From contig NC_043014.1 in NCBI RefSeq assembly GCF_006345805.1, forward strand, positions 53,196,001 through 53,260,000: DNA of 64,000 bases. Reading direction: 5' to 3'. The notes beneath the pieces were generated by a model. The model saw nothing but the letters and a program-made list of their open reading frames with translations. It had not been told where the DNA came from and ran no database searches. This document shows positions 36,109-49,589 of the stretch, piece by piece. The stretch comes from Octopus sinensis (Eukaryota). Every line of letters starts with the position of its first letter. Position 1 is the stretch's first letter. A program made the translations under genes and the position numbers.

Positions 36109-36506
36109 TACTTCTTTTTCAGCGACCTGTACAGGGCGCTGAAAAGAAAAGGAGGAAGTATAATATTAAAAGAAAGGGCCTGAAAGTAGACAATTACCTA
36201 CAGAGCGGTGCAGTTCCTTCTTTCTCTCTGATCAGTTACAGGTATTGGACGCATTCTTGTCTGTCTCCTGTCAGAGCTTGTTCCTCCGCGTTCAAGAACT
36301 CCACTCGTCTAGGCTTAGCAACACTTCCCGTCTGTTTTCACTGTCTTGTTTTTGTTACCAATTTTGACTCTCCACACAATCCCAAATTTTATTTAATTTG
36401 CTTTGCGGAAGCAACTCTTATGTCAAAAACTTATCTTGCTGTGAAATGCTCGAAATACGAAGTAGAAAAACAGCCAACAACTGATGAAGTATCGTTTTTC
36501 GTGTTG

Positions 36507-36581
<75 letters not shown>

Positions 36582-36629
36582 ATGTGTTATATATATGCAT
36601 ATGTATATATACATATATATACATATACA

Positions 36630-36665
<36 letters not shown>

Positions 36666-36948
36666 TGTATGTATGTGTGTATGTGTGTATATATATATAT
36701 GTATATATATGCCTATACGTATGTGTGTGTGTGTGTGTTTACAGACGCACACACATATATTATGTACACGATACTTCCAACTGAGACGGTACAGCTATAT
36801 CTGATTCTTCAAGTGCTTCAGTTCTGTCGATGTACAGATTCTTACAAGATTGCTGACACTTAGCAATAGTTTCTACCATTGTGTTTATGTGTCATTTTTT
36901 TTTATCATTAATAAAACTGTCGGAATTTTTGACGACACGGGTATACTA

Positions 36949-36993
<45 letters not shown>

Positions 36994-39900
36994 TGTATAT
37001 GGATACACACACGCATACACATTCAGTTATGAGTTAGTGTTGTAAACATTATCGACCCATCTATGCATACATACACACACGGACTCATATTTATGTTGAT
37101 GTATGCGTGTGTTTATATGTGTGTGAGAATATGTGTATATGTATGTGTTTGATCATGTGTGTGTGTGTGAGTGTGCGAGTGCGAGTGTGTGTGTGTGTAT
37201 GTCGGTATGATAAATTCAATGACTTCTTTCTCTAACATGTTATCCTTGTTTCTTTTCCCCAACCAATCCTGTTCCTGCAGCTATCGAGTCCTCTTCCTGT
37301 CTCACACCTTCTTATCTCGTCAAGTTGTTGCAGATTAATCTATATCACACAATCTCTCACTCATTTGTTCCAATCTGCATTTACTTTGCTTTTTTTTCTC
37401 TCTGTGGGGAAGTCGGGGGTTGTACAAATGTCAGCGACCCTTGCATCTGTATTAAGGAACCTAGAAAAGAAACTGGATTACACAGAATCACCGTAATTTA
37501 CTAGATTTCACTTCGAGGAATCGCTACCTGACCCTTAATATAGAAATTTGGAATATATGTATATTTCTCGATGTTCTGTGGTCTGAGACAAACCTCCAGG
37601 GCAAAGCACTGTGACGCTGCATCTAGTATCTAAGGGAGATATGCCTGAACGTTTTCATTTTTTTTCACTGTGTGGTTAAGAAGTTCTCACCAGAACGACG
37701 TGATTTCGGGTTCAGTCCCGCTGCATGACACGTTGGACAAGAATCTTCCAGTTACGGCTCTGGACCGACCAATGATCGCGTCTTTTCTTTTTGCTGAGTC
37801 AGAAAGAAAAACCCGTCGAAGGGTTGATCTTGCGGTGACCCTTAGAGGATCAAGTTGTTCGGAGAAAGTTGAGATGTACAGTTATTTAAATTTCCCCATC
37901 AGAAGAGACGCTTATCCTCGGAAAAGGATGCTGACTTGGGTCGATACAGTTTGGCAGCACCAGTGCCGTGGCGGTTGTTGATGTCAGAAGCTCAAAAATG
38001 CCAGAATAAATACCACAAGGCACCGCGCTTGATCCTTCCAACGGTTCTTACCAGTCTACCGGCCCCCATTGGTGTTTGTTTATCGACATCGAGAAGACCA
38101 AGGGCAAAGTTGATCCGGGCGGGACTCGAACTCCGATCATTCACAGAATTCAGAGAGAGTGAGAAGGATAGAGAGAGAGGGGAAGAGAGAGAGAGGGGGA
38201 GAGAGAGAGAAAGTGAGAGGATGAGAGACCAAATAAGACACAAAATAAAATAGAAATTTATTTTATTTTCGCTGTTTTTTCTTTTATTGTAAGGTGGATT
38301 GTATTTTTATTGATCTATTTATTTATTTTACAAGAGAAAGGCTTTTTCGCCATTCTTCAATCAAATGAGATACAAAAGAAAAAAAATACTCAAAAATGAA
38401 TTTATTGTCCCCGTCACGAACCTGAGAAGGGGGGGAGAGGGAAGGAGAGTGTGTGGAGAGGGGACAGAGGGAGAGGGAGGGAGAGAGAGAGAAAACTGAC
38501 GCAACTACTGCAGTGGTGGTCTCGGTGGTAGTTCATGTGGAAGTAAAAGCAGCAGCAGCAGTAGTAGTAGTAGTAGTAGTGGTGGTTGGGATGGTGGTGG
38601 TGGTGGTAATTGTGATGGGAGTGGTGGCTGTGGTGGTTGTGGTGGCGGTAAGAGGAGCTGACATAGAAGGGTTCCCAAAACCGCATCAGTTTTTGAAGCC
38701 ATCACAGTGTTGTTGTTGTTGTTGCTGTTGTTGTTGTTTAAAACTGGTATCATATCTTCACCAAGCAGACCACTGTAAACAAAGGCCAGCCATGACCATC
38801 ACGCCATTCTAACATCATGCAGCAACACACAACGGATTCTCCATCGTCACACATACCTGTGTGTGCGTGTGTGTGTGTGCGCGCGCGTGTGTGTGTGCGC
38901 GCGTGTATGACGGGCTTCTTTCAGTTTCCATCTACCAAATCCACTCACACCGGTTTTGTCGGCCCGAGGCTATGGTAGAAGACACTTGCCCCAGGTGCCA
39001 CGCAGTGGGGGTGAACCCGAAACCGTATGGCTAGGAAGCCTAGCTTCTTACCACACAGCCACGCCCATCTGGCCTGCATATTCTGCCTGTTGTATGATCA
39101 AACTGAACTGATCCAGTCTCTCACACCTATCCTACAATGTCAATCCAAAAATTTGCAGTAGCATCAGTGACATATCGAAGCCGTTGCATGATCAGCTGAA
39201 AACTTTGTGAATAAATAAAACTTACATTTAATGGAGTGATATGATTGCTAAAGGGTTAAGATATCTCACAGCAGGATCAAACCTGTGATCTAGTGGTTAC
39301 AAAGTGAACTTTATAATGAATGATTTAGCCATGCATGTGTCCACAGAGCAACTGCATAGAGGACCCCTCACTGGTTGCTGGTTGATTTATTGACGGCAGA
39401 ACGAGTGGTTTGAGAGGGATATAGCTGCTATTTTTAGCAAATTCACTGGCTAAGTATAGATTCCTTCTAAATTTAAGGAGGAAGGGTGTGAGTATATGAG
39501 AGGTCGCTAGAAATAGCAGCCAAATCTTTATCAGATCAGACACACTAGCAGAACAATGGAAGGACATGTTGAATCAATGTAGTCTAGGATATGGCAAAAG
39601 GCAGAATGGGTACGGCTGGAACGCCGGATGCTGAGTTTAAACATCAACAGCAACAACAGCAATATAAAGGGAAAACGGTAAGAAGGTGCGTCACTCGATT
39701 CGCAGGAAATAGCAGCCAAATCTGCCCTTTAAATCACAGCTTTCTCGCAGTCCTTACCTAATGTAACCCTACAAACCCCTAAAACAGATGGGACGGTCAT
39801 TGCTGGATCGCCTTCCATCACATCTGTAAGTTGACTCGAGTCTCAACACCAACAAATAAGAAATACCCCACCCCTTAGGGATTAACCCGTAATTTATGGG

Positions 39901-40544
39901 GTCTAATGGACATTTTCCTATTTCATGCCTTCGTTCACAGAGCTTGAGAGAAAGCGCAAACGCTGGTGGTTCGATTCCTGGCCTGGAATGTGCATTACCT
40001 CCCTGGGGAAGCTACTTTACTTTTTGTTGCTCCAATTCACTTTTGCGTGATCTTGCAACGGACAGTGTTCGGTTTAGTGGGGCGGGAAAGGGGGGCAGAA
40101 AGAGTATGGCACCATCCCCGGCGCTTACATGACATAGGAACCCGGATAAAGTCCGGTTAAATGAGCCTGTTGACGCCTGACTGAGTAGAGGTCAGTGTCC
40201 AAGGTCTTTCCATCCTCTCCCAGGTTGGTGGGATTGATGCGGTTTGTATTAAAGTTGAATACTTGTCATCAGATCTGTAGGGGGGGGAGAGGAAAGGTTA
40301 CGAAAGAAGGTGAAGAGGTTATGTGGTCAGGGTGGGCCTGGATGGCAAGGGTATTCAGGTATCTAATTCAGAGGAACAGAGACTGTTGTACAAGGAACAA
40401 AATAAGTGGAGAGGAAGAGAGAAAGAGAGAGAGAGAGAGAAAGAGAGAGAGAGGGAGAGAGGGGAAAGAGAGAGCAAATCTGAGAGTTCGGGGCTGTTGC
40501 ATGTTGGTGAGTTATGGGGAGAAAAGAAGAGGAGAAATCGTTTT

Positions 40545-41212
40545 TATTTCTTTATTACCCACAAGGGCCTAAACACAGAGGGGACAAGCAAGGACAGACA
40601 AAGGGATTAAATCAATTACATCGACTCCAGTGCGTGACTGGTACTTAATTTATCGACCCCGAAAGGATGAAAGGCAATGGCGACCTCGGCGGAATTTGAA
40701 CTCAGAACGTAACGACAGACGGAATACCTATTTCTTTATTACCCACAAGGGGCTAAACATAGAGGGGACAAACAAGGACAGACATAGGTATTAAGTCGAT
40801 TACATTGACCCCAGTGCGTAACTGGTACTTAATTTATCGACCCCGAAAGGATGAAAGGCAAAGTCGACCTCGGCGGAATTTGAACTCACAACGTAACGAC
40901 AGACGAAATACCGCGAAGCATTTCGCCCAGCGTGCTAACGTTTCTGCCAGCTCGCCGCCCTTAACGGCAGACGAAATACCTATTTCTTTACTACCCACTA
41001 GGGGCTAGACACAGAGAGGACAAACAAGGACAGACAAACGGATTAAGTCGATTATTTCGACCCCAGTGCGTGACTGGTACTTAATTTATCGACCCCGAAA
41101 GGATGAAAGGCAAAGTCGACCTCGGCGGAATTTGAACTCAGAACATAACGGCAGACGGAATACCGTTAAGCATTTCGCCCGGCGTGCTAACGTTTCTGCC
41201 ATCTCGTCGCCA
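40545..41212 (-). mobile_element. Tandem trimer of a tRNA-derived Nin/Deu-domain SINE inside one 18-bp TSD
   Basis: Units 40545-40728 (5'-truncated), 40729-40960, 40981-41211. Head GGCGAGCTGGCAGAAACG / GAGTTCAAATTCC; core GTCGACTTTGCCTTTCATCCTTTCGGGGTCGATAAATTAAGTACCAG; TSD AAGAGGAGAAATCGTTTT at 40527-40544 and 41213-41230. Confidence 0.92.
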
Positions 41213-41230
41213 AAGAGGAGAAATCGTTTT

Positions 41231-41486
41231 GGTGTCAGAAGAAGCAGGAGGAGGGTGGTGGAGGGCGAGGGAGGGAATAGGGTGAAGGGGGGGAGTCTTG
41301 GTTTGGACGCGTCCACACCACTCGGACATCCCATTGCAAGGGAGATAATCAACAAGGGAACAGGACGAAGGCAAGCGGAGAGAGGAGGAGGGGGAAAAGC
41401 CCGGTGGAGTGTGTTGCTGTCAGTTCTGTGCTTGATGGCGTTTGCTTGGAGTCTCTTGAGTGGTTTTAACAGATGCCGGACAGCGT
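41231..41486 (-). CDS. Candidate further or terminal bestrophin exon
   Basis: Strong acceptor ttcttcttcttcttcccag|41486. Phase-1 entry gives a long frame (DAVRHLLKPLKRLQANAIKHRTDSNTLHRAFPPPP..); phase-2 entry gives a 22-codon tail ending in TGA. No homology support. Confidence 0.3.
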
Positions 41487-42157
41487 CTGGGAAGAAGAAG
41501 AAGAAACAAAACGATTTTTAATACAGAAGAAAATAAAATAAATAAGAAAACAGATTAACGAAACAAATTTAAAAGTCAAAATCTCAAAAGAAAAAAAAGA
41601 ATAGTTATAAGAGTAATTTGGAGGCAAAAGTTAATGAAGTAAATTCATATACCGTGGGAGAGGAGGGGGGCGGAGAGAGAAGAGGGTCAGAGAGAGGAGG
41701 AGGGGAGAGAGAGGTTGGGGGAAGTGAGGGGAGAGAAAGTGGGAGAGAGAGGGGAGGAGAGAAGGGGAAGAGAGAGGAGGAGGGGAGAGAGGGAGGTTGG
41801 GGGAAGAGAGAGGAGAGAAAGGGGGTGGGGAGCGTAGTAACGTTTGATAATTAAAGGAAATTTTTTTTTTTCTTTCCGACGAACGAACGAAGGGCTTCGC
41901 TGGAAATGTTGGTTTGTCATCCATCTACGAAATAAGGTTTCATGCACTGTGAACCATCCAGGAGATGTAGACTTATGCTGTAGGGTCACTGAACCTTCCC
42001 AATGTTTATATATATAGGAAATCAGAAATGGAAAACAAAACAATAAATTGAACAATTATAAATTCAATTCAATTTAAATATTCTATACAAAAAAATACAA
42101 ATCTATAAATTACAGCGTTATATATATATATATATTATATAGTATATATTATATATA

Positions 42158-42201
<44 letters not shown>

Positions 42202-44310
42202 CGCTCGGATGTATTCGGACATGATAAGACCTTCCGCTGCGGAAAGAGTTCTGATATAAAATTCTCCCTCGAGACATTTGTGAAAACACATTTTAGGCTG
42301 CGAATGTTTTCATTGAATCGTAAGACGAATGCATTTCTGCATCCTTTTTATTTCGTCAGCTTCCAAAAGTAAATTCACCCTTCACAGCCTGGTAAGAAAA
42401 AAATCATTCTTATTAAAGTAACGTACGGTTACATATGCTGATGTGCGTAAAACTTGGTTAAGCTAGAATTAAAGGAATATCGGCAGGAAACAGTTCTGGA
42501 TAAAACATTTTTAGGTTTGTACACACACAACACACACACACACATCAATTAAAGGTAATGTACCTCATTAAGGGATCATAAATCGATATTGTTACATATT
42601 GTTTATTTTCTTAATATTACCTTAATATTACCCTCAAGCCTGCTTCATAGAATATTAACCTCCTGTTTATTTAATGGAATGTGGTTTGTTGGAAACCTTT
42701 TAAGATCCTTCACTATCTAATGGGTTTTTTATTTTATTTTTAAATTTTGGTCTTTTACCTTAAAGGCTTGAAATAAATTTTCTTCGGAGATGAACGGATA
42801 TAATTTGTATTTTCTCTTTCCATATTATTCTGAATTTGCTATTTATACATTTACTGAATTAAACTTTATCGCATTTTAATTAAAAGCATAAATAATAATG
42901 AGTAAATATTGTTTGCCAAATAACATGGCAGTCCTGGTTTAGCAAGAATGTTGCTATAATTTAGCCCCAGTAGACAACATCTCCTGCTGGCTTTTTATCA
43001 CTAATCTTACTTCTTAAGAGCTAGACCATCAGAAAAGTTTTACACTGTTCCTTGATGTGGGTATATACTTATTAATAATTTACTCACTAATTTTGCTTCA
43101 ATTCGATTTTGAGCGGCGTATCAGTCTGACGGACGGATTAGTGGTGTCATCTAGCAAAATGGCGCCAGCCGAGCCTACACACACTCAGTCTCGAGCCACA
43201 TCAATGGACGGATCTCGAATAAAGTTGCATAGATCGCTAACCAGTCGAAGTGTGTGTGTGCGCGCAAACTTAAAGTCACTTCAAATATGTAAAGACAACT
43301 GCAGTTTTCGTGGAAGAAAATTTCCGCTTATGACATAATGGTGTTAAAACAGTGTAGTCAGCTCAGAGCCGCCTCTGTGGGATTCTTGGACACATTTCAG
43401 ACTTAGATTTCTTCAGCAGCAGATACTAAAAAGAGCAACTCTGAGTTGACTACAAACCTTTCTTTTTTTATAGTAAATCAGTCAATATTATTCAATAAAG
43501 ACGAATATTTGCCGCCAGACAGGAAAAAATTCGTGAGTAGGAGCTGTATGTATGTATGTATGTATGTATGTATGTATGGATGGATGGATGGATGGATGGA
43601 TGGATGGATGGATGCATGCATGCATGCATGCATGTATATACATATATATTTGTATGTTTGTCTATGTGTTTATATACTCATGTACATGTATATACATGTA
43701 TATATAATGATCCTATATGATAAACAGTAATAACAATAGTTTCTAATTTGGGTTGAAGTTCATCAATTTTGAGGGGAGGGGCGAAGTCGATTAACTCGAC
43801 TCTGCGACTAATAATACTAATGAGTTTATTTTGTAGATTGTTTTAGTGGGACCACAACTCGCCGGAAAAGGGTTACCGAGGGGGAGAGAAGCGGCACCGT
43901 GTGTTTAGCAAGGAAAGATAAGAACGAAAGGTGGAAATACGGGAGACAGACGGGAGACAGAAAAACAGGGAAAAAGATAGGAAAATGGACAGAGAAAAGG
44001 GAGAAGCAGCAATGGCGGAGGGAAGTTTCGAAAAGCAGGGAAATAATTTACACACACACACACACACATATACGTGTATGAATATATATATATATACGTG
44101 TATATGTATTGATTCATACATATATACATACATACATACAATATAATATATAATATATATATATATATTGTGTGCGTGTGTGTGTGTGGTGGTGTGTGTG
44201 TGCGTGTGTGTGTGTGTAGGTGTGGTGTGTGTGTTACATATGTATGTGTATGTAGGTATGTATGGGGTTTATGTATGTATGTAGGTATGTATGTATTATG
44301 TATATGCATC

Positions 44311-44342
<32 letters not shown>

Positions 44343-44559
44343 ATGTATGTATTATATATATATATATAAATATATGGAGAGGAGAGTATTTGTATGAGAT
44401 TCATTGGTTCAGGAATAATTCCCCGCTTTTTTTTCTATGAAGGTTTACAACCATCATTAGAAGGGAAATAACTTGCAAGAACTGTTAGGTACCACTGATT
44501 ATTTCCCTTTAGCACTTATATTTGAATCTAACCTGTCCAGATGCAGCAAGAACATCCCA

Positions 44560-44626
<67 letters not shown>

Positions 44627-44627
44627 C

Positions 44628-44670
<43 letters not shown>

Positions 44671-44671
44671 C

Positions 44672-44718
<47 letters not shown>

Positions 44719-44719
44719 C

Positions 44720-44754
<35 letters not shown>

Positions 44755-44755
44755 C

Positions 44756-44818
<63 letters not shown>
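44560..44818. repeat. (TCTA)n tetranucleotide STR with occasional CCTA units
   Basis: Direct reading. Confidence 0.97.
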
Positions 44819-44992
44819 GCTTGCTAGCTAGCTAGATAGGTAGATAGGTAGATTACTGGCTAGCTAGTTGCCTGTCTGTCTGTCTTTCTATTTTTAAATA
44901 GGTGTGTGCGTGCGCGCGCGTGGTTGATTATATTTTGGATGCGTCTGTAAAATGGCGTCTGATGTAAGCAGGAAGGAACATCAAAAGTGTGG

Positions 44993-45234
44993 ATGCGAGA
45001 GCGATGCCAGGGCAACGCCAGAACGATGCGAGAGCGATGCTGGAGAAATGCCAGGGCAATGCAAGAGAAATGCCTGGGCAATGACAGGGCAATGCCTGAG
45101 CAATGACAGGGCAATGCCAGAGCGATGTCAAAGCGATGCCAGGGCAATGTCAGAGCAATGGCAGGGCAATGCCAGAGCGATGTCAAAGCGATGTCAGGGC
45201 AATCTCAGAGTAATGCCAGAGCGATGTCAGAGCG
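44993..45234. repeat. 11-bp minisatellite, 22 degenerate units, consensus ATGCCAGRGCR
   Basis: Units in exact 11-bp register: ATGCGAGAGCG, ATGCCAGGGCA, ACGCCAGAACG ... ATGTCAGAGCG. Confidence 0.92.
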
Positions 45235-45286
45235 ATAGAATGCGGCGAAGCGTTTGTTGAAGCCGAAGCTGACTGATCTCACATAC

Positions 45287-46376
45287 TTACGTCTTATTCA
45301 CAATGGCGGAGTTCGGTGTCGGAGGCGGTTGTGAATGGACCAGCGATGATGATGATGATGATGGCGGCGGCTGCGGCGGTGGTGGTGGTGGTGGCCGCGC
45401 TGCAGCGGTCGTTAACATTGAAGGGCGAGGCACATTGAGGGTCGGCGCTCCGCTGGGTGCTTTGTTGATCGCCGGCGGCGGCGGGGCTGGCTGCGACCGA
45501 CTGGCCTGAGCTCGTTTGTCCTTTTGGACGACTTCTGGCTGAAAGTGAACCGTCGGTTGATATTGCTTAAGACGTCGCGGCGAGATCGGTTCGCCGCCAC
45601 TTCGGGCTTTTTCAGTGGCGAGTCTGAGGTCGGGTTGTTTTATAAGGGTGGGCGGAAGTGGAAGTGGAGGGGGCGGGGGAGACGGTTTTGCCTTGCTTTG
45701 CATTTGAACTCGCGACGTTGCTGACTTCGCTGCTGCTCTTTCGGGTAGGTTTTTATCCACCCGTTGTTGTTCGATCTGACACGGACAAGAGCAAGGACAA
45801 GCACCCACGGCAGCAGCAGTAGCAGCAGTAGTAGTTGAAGTAGCAGTAGTAGTAGTTGAAGTAGTAGTGGTGGTAGTCACCGTCGTTGTTGCCATGGTAG
45901 CCGAAGCTGTTGTTGTAGTAGCAGTAGCAGTAGTCGTGGAAGGGGTGCAGTGACCCCGTCTCGTGGCTGCCTTAAACGCTCCCTCGTTGTCATCGCCGTC
46001 ATCGTCGCCTTCATCACCGTCATCGCCACCACATTCGTTGTAATACTGGTCCCTGATACGGTCCCTGCCGTTGCCTTCCCCCTCTCCGTACTCTTCCATC
46101 TCTTCGCTGTCCGACGGACTGTCCACACTGTAATGGTGGCACCTGCGGGCGCGGCGTCGAAATAAGCGGCGCTGCTGCTGACGAAGACGCGCCGTTTCCT
46201 CCACGCTCGGACGTTGAGCGTTGAGGTCCGAGTCCGACAGCCAACCGGTCATCCTCCGGTTGCTTTTCCTGACCGCTGGCCTCTGCACTAGAATTGGCGG
46301 TAAGGCCACATATTGTTGACCGCTCTTCGGCCGCGCTTTTCGCGTCGCTACGCCTCCACGTCGCTGCGCCTTGGTT
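45287..46376 (-). CDS. BEST: Large low-complexity C-terminal exon assigned to bestrophin (acidic, poly-T/A, Pro-rich)
   Basis: ccgtttcacag|A acceptor; the phase-2 frame is open for 1089 nt to TAA at 45287 (TKAQRRGG..VALPPILVQRP..SAIVNKT*); GC/CpG-rich. The stop overlaps a perfect AC|GTAAGT donor, so the exon may be internal. Assignment to bestrophin rests on strand and phase only. Confidence 0.65.
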
Positions 46377-46401
46377 CTGTGAAACGGATGTTAAGTTAAA
46401 T

Positions 46402-46458
<57 letters not shown>

Positions 46459-46594
46459 GAAGAAAATTTGAAGAAAGAAGGAAAAAAATAATGATAACAT
46501 TAATTATAATAACAATAACAATGACGGACTTGGTTAGCATTTGAACTGGATCATATACAGTGGATTTGGATTTCTATTTGACCCTAAGCCTGTT

Positions 46595-46820
46595 TTCAGA
46601 CCAACAAACCTGATTGTGTTGCAAAAAATGATGCCGACAAAACATCTTTACTCATAGAAATGTCAATCGCAGCAGACGGCAGCATTTCGGTAAAAGCATT
46701 CGGTAAGTGAAATAAACATAAGGAGCTTGAATTAGGGGTCTTTGAAATATGGTATATAAGAACAACAACTCTACCTGGGATCATCGAAACTTAGGGAACA
46801 ATTGCAAATGGTGATCTTAA
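46595..46820 (+). mobile_element. R4/Dong-clade LINE restriction-like endonuclease fragment
   Basis: NKPDCV...KTSLLIEMSIAAD (PD-(D/E)xK-like), then K..K.KELEL..IW and LGTI remnants. Confidence 0.6.
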
Positions 46821-47131
46821 ACATTATGACCCAAAACCAGGAAACTCAAAAGAACCAGAACTACGAAGAATTGCTCTCGTGAGTACCGGCCAGAGACTGA
46901 GAAAAACATTGTCAACCTGAAAATACTGGATTCTCTTAAAACTTTCAAAACTGAAATGCTGCGAATTTAACAGAATCTTGCTTCTCAGATTCTGGTCTCC
47001 CCCCCCCCTCACAATATATCATTGCTAATCATAAATAACACCCGTAGGAAAACGACCAACGTGCTGTTACTTGAGGTCTCTGGGTGAGACTTAGAAGAGC
47101 GTGTACACAACGAAGCAACACCACCACCACC

Positions 47132-47163
<32 letters not shown>

Positions 47164-47189
47164 AAACAAAAACAATAATAATGATAATG

Positions 47190-47247
<58 letters not shown>

Positions 47248-47491
47248 TTTTCAAATTTCGCCACATGAGCAGCAGTTTTCTTTGGGCGGGGGCGATGAGT
47301 CGATTGCATCGACCCAGAGTTCAACTGGTACTTATTTTATCGACTCACAAAAGGATGGAAGGCAAAGTCGACCCCAGAAGCATTTGAACTCAGAAGAGGG
47401 CGACGGGCGAAATACCGCCAAGCATTTCTTTCAGCTCAGGATTCTGCCAGATCACCACCCTAATAATAATAATAATAATAATAGTCGCGCA

Positions 47492-47589
47492 ATGACATCA
47501 CCATGTCGCGCAAATATGGTTGTGATGCATGTGCCTAGTGTACCCTTATCAGACGGGTAATCATGATGGGTATACTGGGCTTCGTATAT
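47492..47589 (+). repeat. Dispersed repeat fragment, left arm of an intronic inverted pair
   Basis: ATGACATCACCATGTCGCGC...GGGCTTCGTATAT is the reverse complement of 48501-48598 with few mismatches. Confidence 0.85.
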
Positions 47590-48500
47590 ATAACTAATGT
47601 CCGACTTTCAAAATAGTAGCAGAAACGAAGGTACTTAGGATACATTCGTCAACTTTAGCAGACGGACATAAGTCAAATAGAATGGAAAGAAACAGAGGCA
47701 AAGAATGGCCTTCATATGGTCAGTAATTTCCTGAATTGTGAAGAAAAAAAGTTTCTCTTGCTTGGATACATAAATTTAGGCTGGTTACAGAAAATCGGAC
47801 CGTGTAGGGCAAACGATGCATCAACAGTTGCGATACAGGGAAGGCTATGGCCAGTAGAGTAAAACTGATATTTCAGATTCATTCCTACGAATGTCTCCTG
47901 AGTAGAGCATTTCCTATGAATAATATATCACATAATATATGAGGGCGCCCCACGAAGCGGCGACGACATTTATTTGGAAACAAAATAACTTGGTAAGGCT
48001 CTTCTATGTACGATTGCGCTTCAGATTTCAACTGCTGCAAAAGATTTTAAAAAAAAGACATCTCTCCGGTTCTCATATGAACATCGAGTGTCTTGGAATA
48101 TGTCTTGGTGAAAATACTCAGGAATTTTAACAAACAACTCGACTACTCGACCGCACATAGTTTACTTAACTTTATCCGCTAAAAACAAAAACAAAAGTGT
48201 TTTAATTGTTGACAATAACAATAAAAAATGGCCGTTGTGCATAAGCAAGCTGAAAAGCTAAGAAGTTATATAAATTACGTCCAAGGTAGACATAGGCATG
48301 CTTCAGAATATAACAATACTATGAGCTGTAAATATTCCAAGATATTCTCACGCAACATTTGTTTAAACTTATTTGTTTCACCCCGAAACATTCGTCTATG
48401 AATGTTTTTTATGTTTTACATTGAACCAACTTTTTTTAATGTTGAATACTTCAAGACGGCGTTCACCAAGATGTACTTGGCCCTTGTTTCCTGGGGTAAA

Positions 48501-48598
48501 ATATACGAAGCCCAGTATACTCATCCTGACTACTCGTCTGATAAGGGTACACCAGGCACATGCATCTCAACCATATGTGCGCGACATGGTGATGTCAT
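48501..48598 (-). repeat. Dispersed repeat fragment, right arm of an intronic inverted pair
   Basis: Part of a longer repeat copy extending to about 48690; aligns to 47492-47589. Confidence 0.85.
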
Positions 48599-48770
48599 AT
48601 CAAGATAAAGGGCGCATGACCTTGCAGGTGGGGCCCAGCTAGAATTTTCTTCAGGTCGAGTAGCCCGTCCTGCTCAAAAGGCCCCTGAATATAGGACTTT
48701 ATAAGCTGAACAACAAAGTTGGAAGAGAGCACTTGGTCTCTCTTGACAGTAACGCCGATTCTCTCTCTCT

Positions 48771-48836
<66 letters not shown>

Positions 48837-49114
48837 CACTCTCTTTCGCTTTCCCAACGCTATCATTTATGATTTTTATATTCTAGCCGTTAAAAATGGT
48901 GTATTGTATTACACACACAAATGCTCGTACACATGCCTATACTCTAACATGTTTATAGGTTTATGTATATTTATGTATGTGTGCGTATACATACATGCAT
49001 ACATACATGCATACATACATACATACATGCATACATACATACATACATACATACATACATACATCATACATACATACATACATAGACACACATACATACT
49101 AGACACACATACAT

Positions 49115-49204
<90 letters not shown>

Positions 49205-49405
49205 CATATATACACATACATATATATACATATACACACGCTATTACAAGGGCTACGACAATTTTAAATAACGCCAAGAAGAATCAAACTGCCACCACTG
49301 CCACCACTACTACCACTACCACCACCACCACCACCACCGCCACCACTGCCAAGAACAACAACAACAGCAACAACAACAACAACAAGAGAAAGAGAATCTA
49401 CTCAC

Positions 49406-49558
49406 AATGCTGACAAAGAATCTTCGTCAAATACTTCCGGTTCTGCAAGAACTGCTTGTTGTTGCTTTTGTAATTGCAGTTGTTGTTGTTGTTGTTGTTG
49501 TAGTTGTTTTTGTTGCTTTTGCTGCTTTTGCAGATGGTAAAGTTGTTGTTGTTGTTGC

Positions 49559-49589
<31 letters not shown>

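Noticed and set aside
38453-38812. Pro/Gln/Leu-rich ORFs on both strands
   Set aside because: Built from (GGT)n, (GTA)n and (TGT)n runs; no convincing splice sites.
44952-45260. MPER motifs reminiscent of cephalopod reflectins
   Set aside because: Lacks the Tyr/Asp/Met-rich MD(X)5MD reflectin signature; the resemblance comes from the 11-bp repeat.
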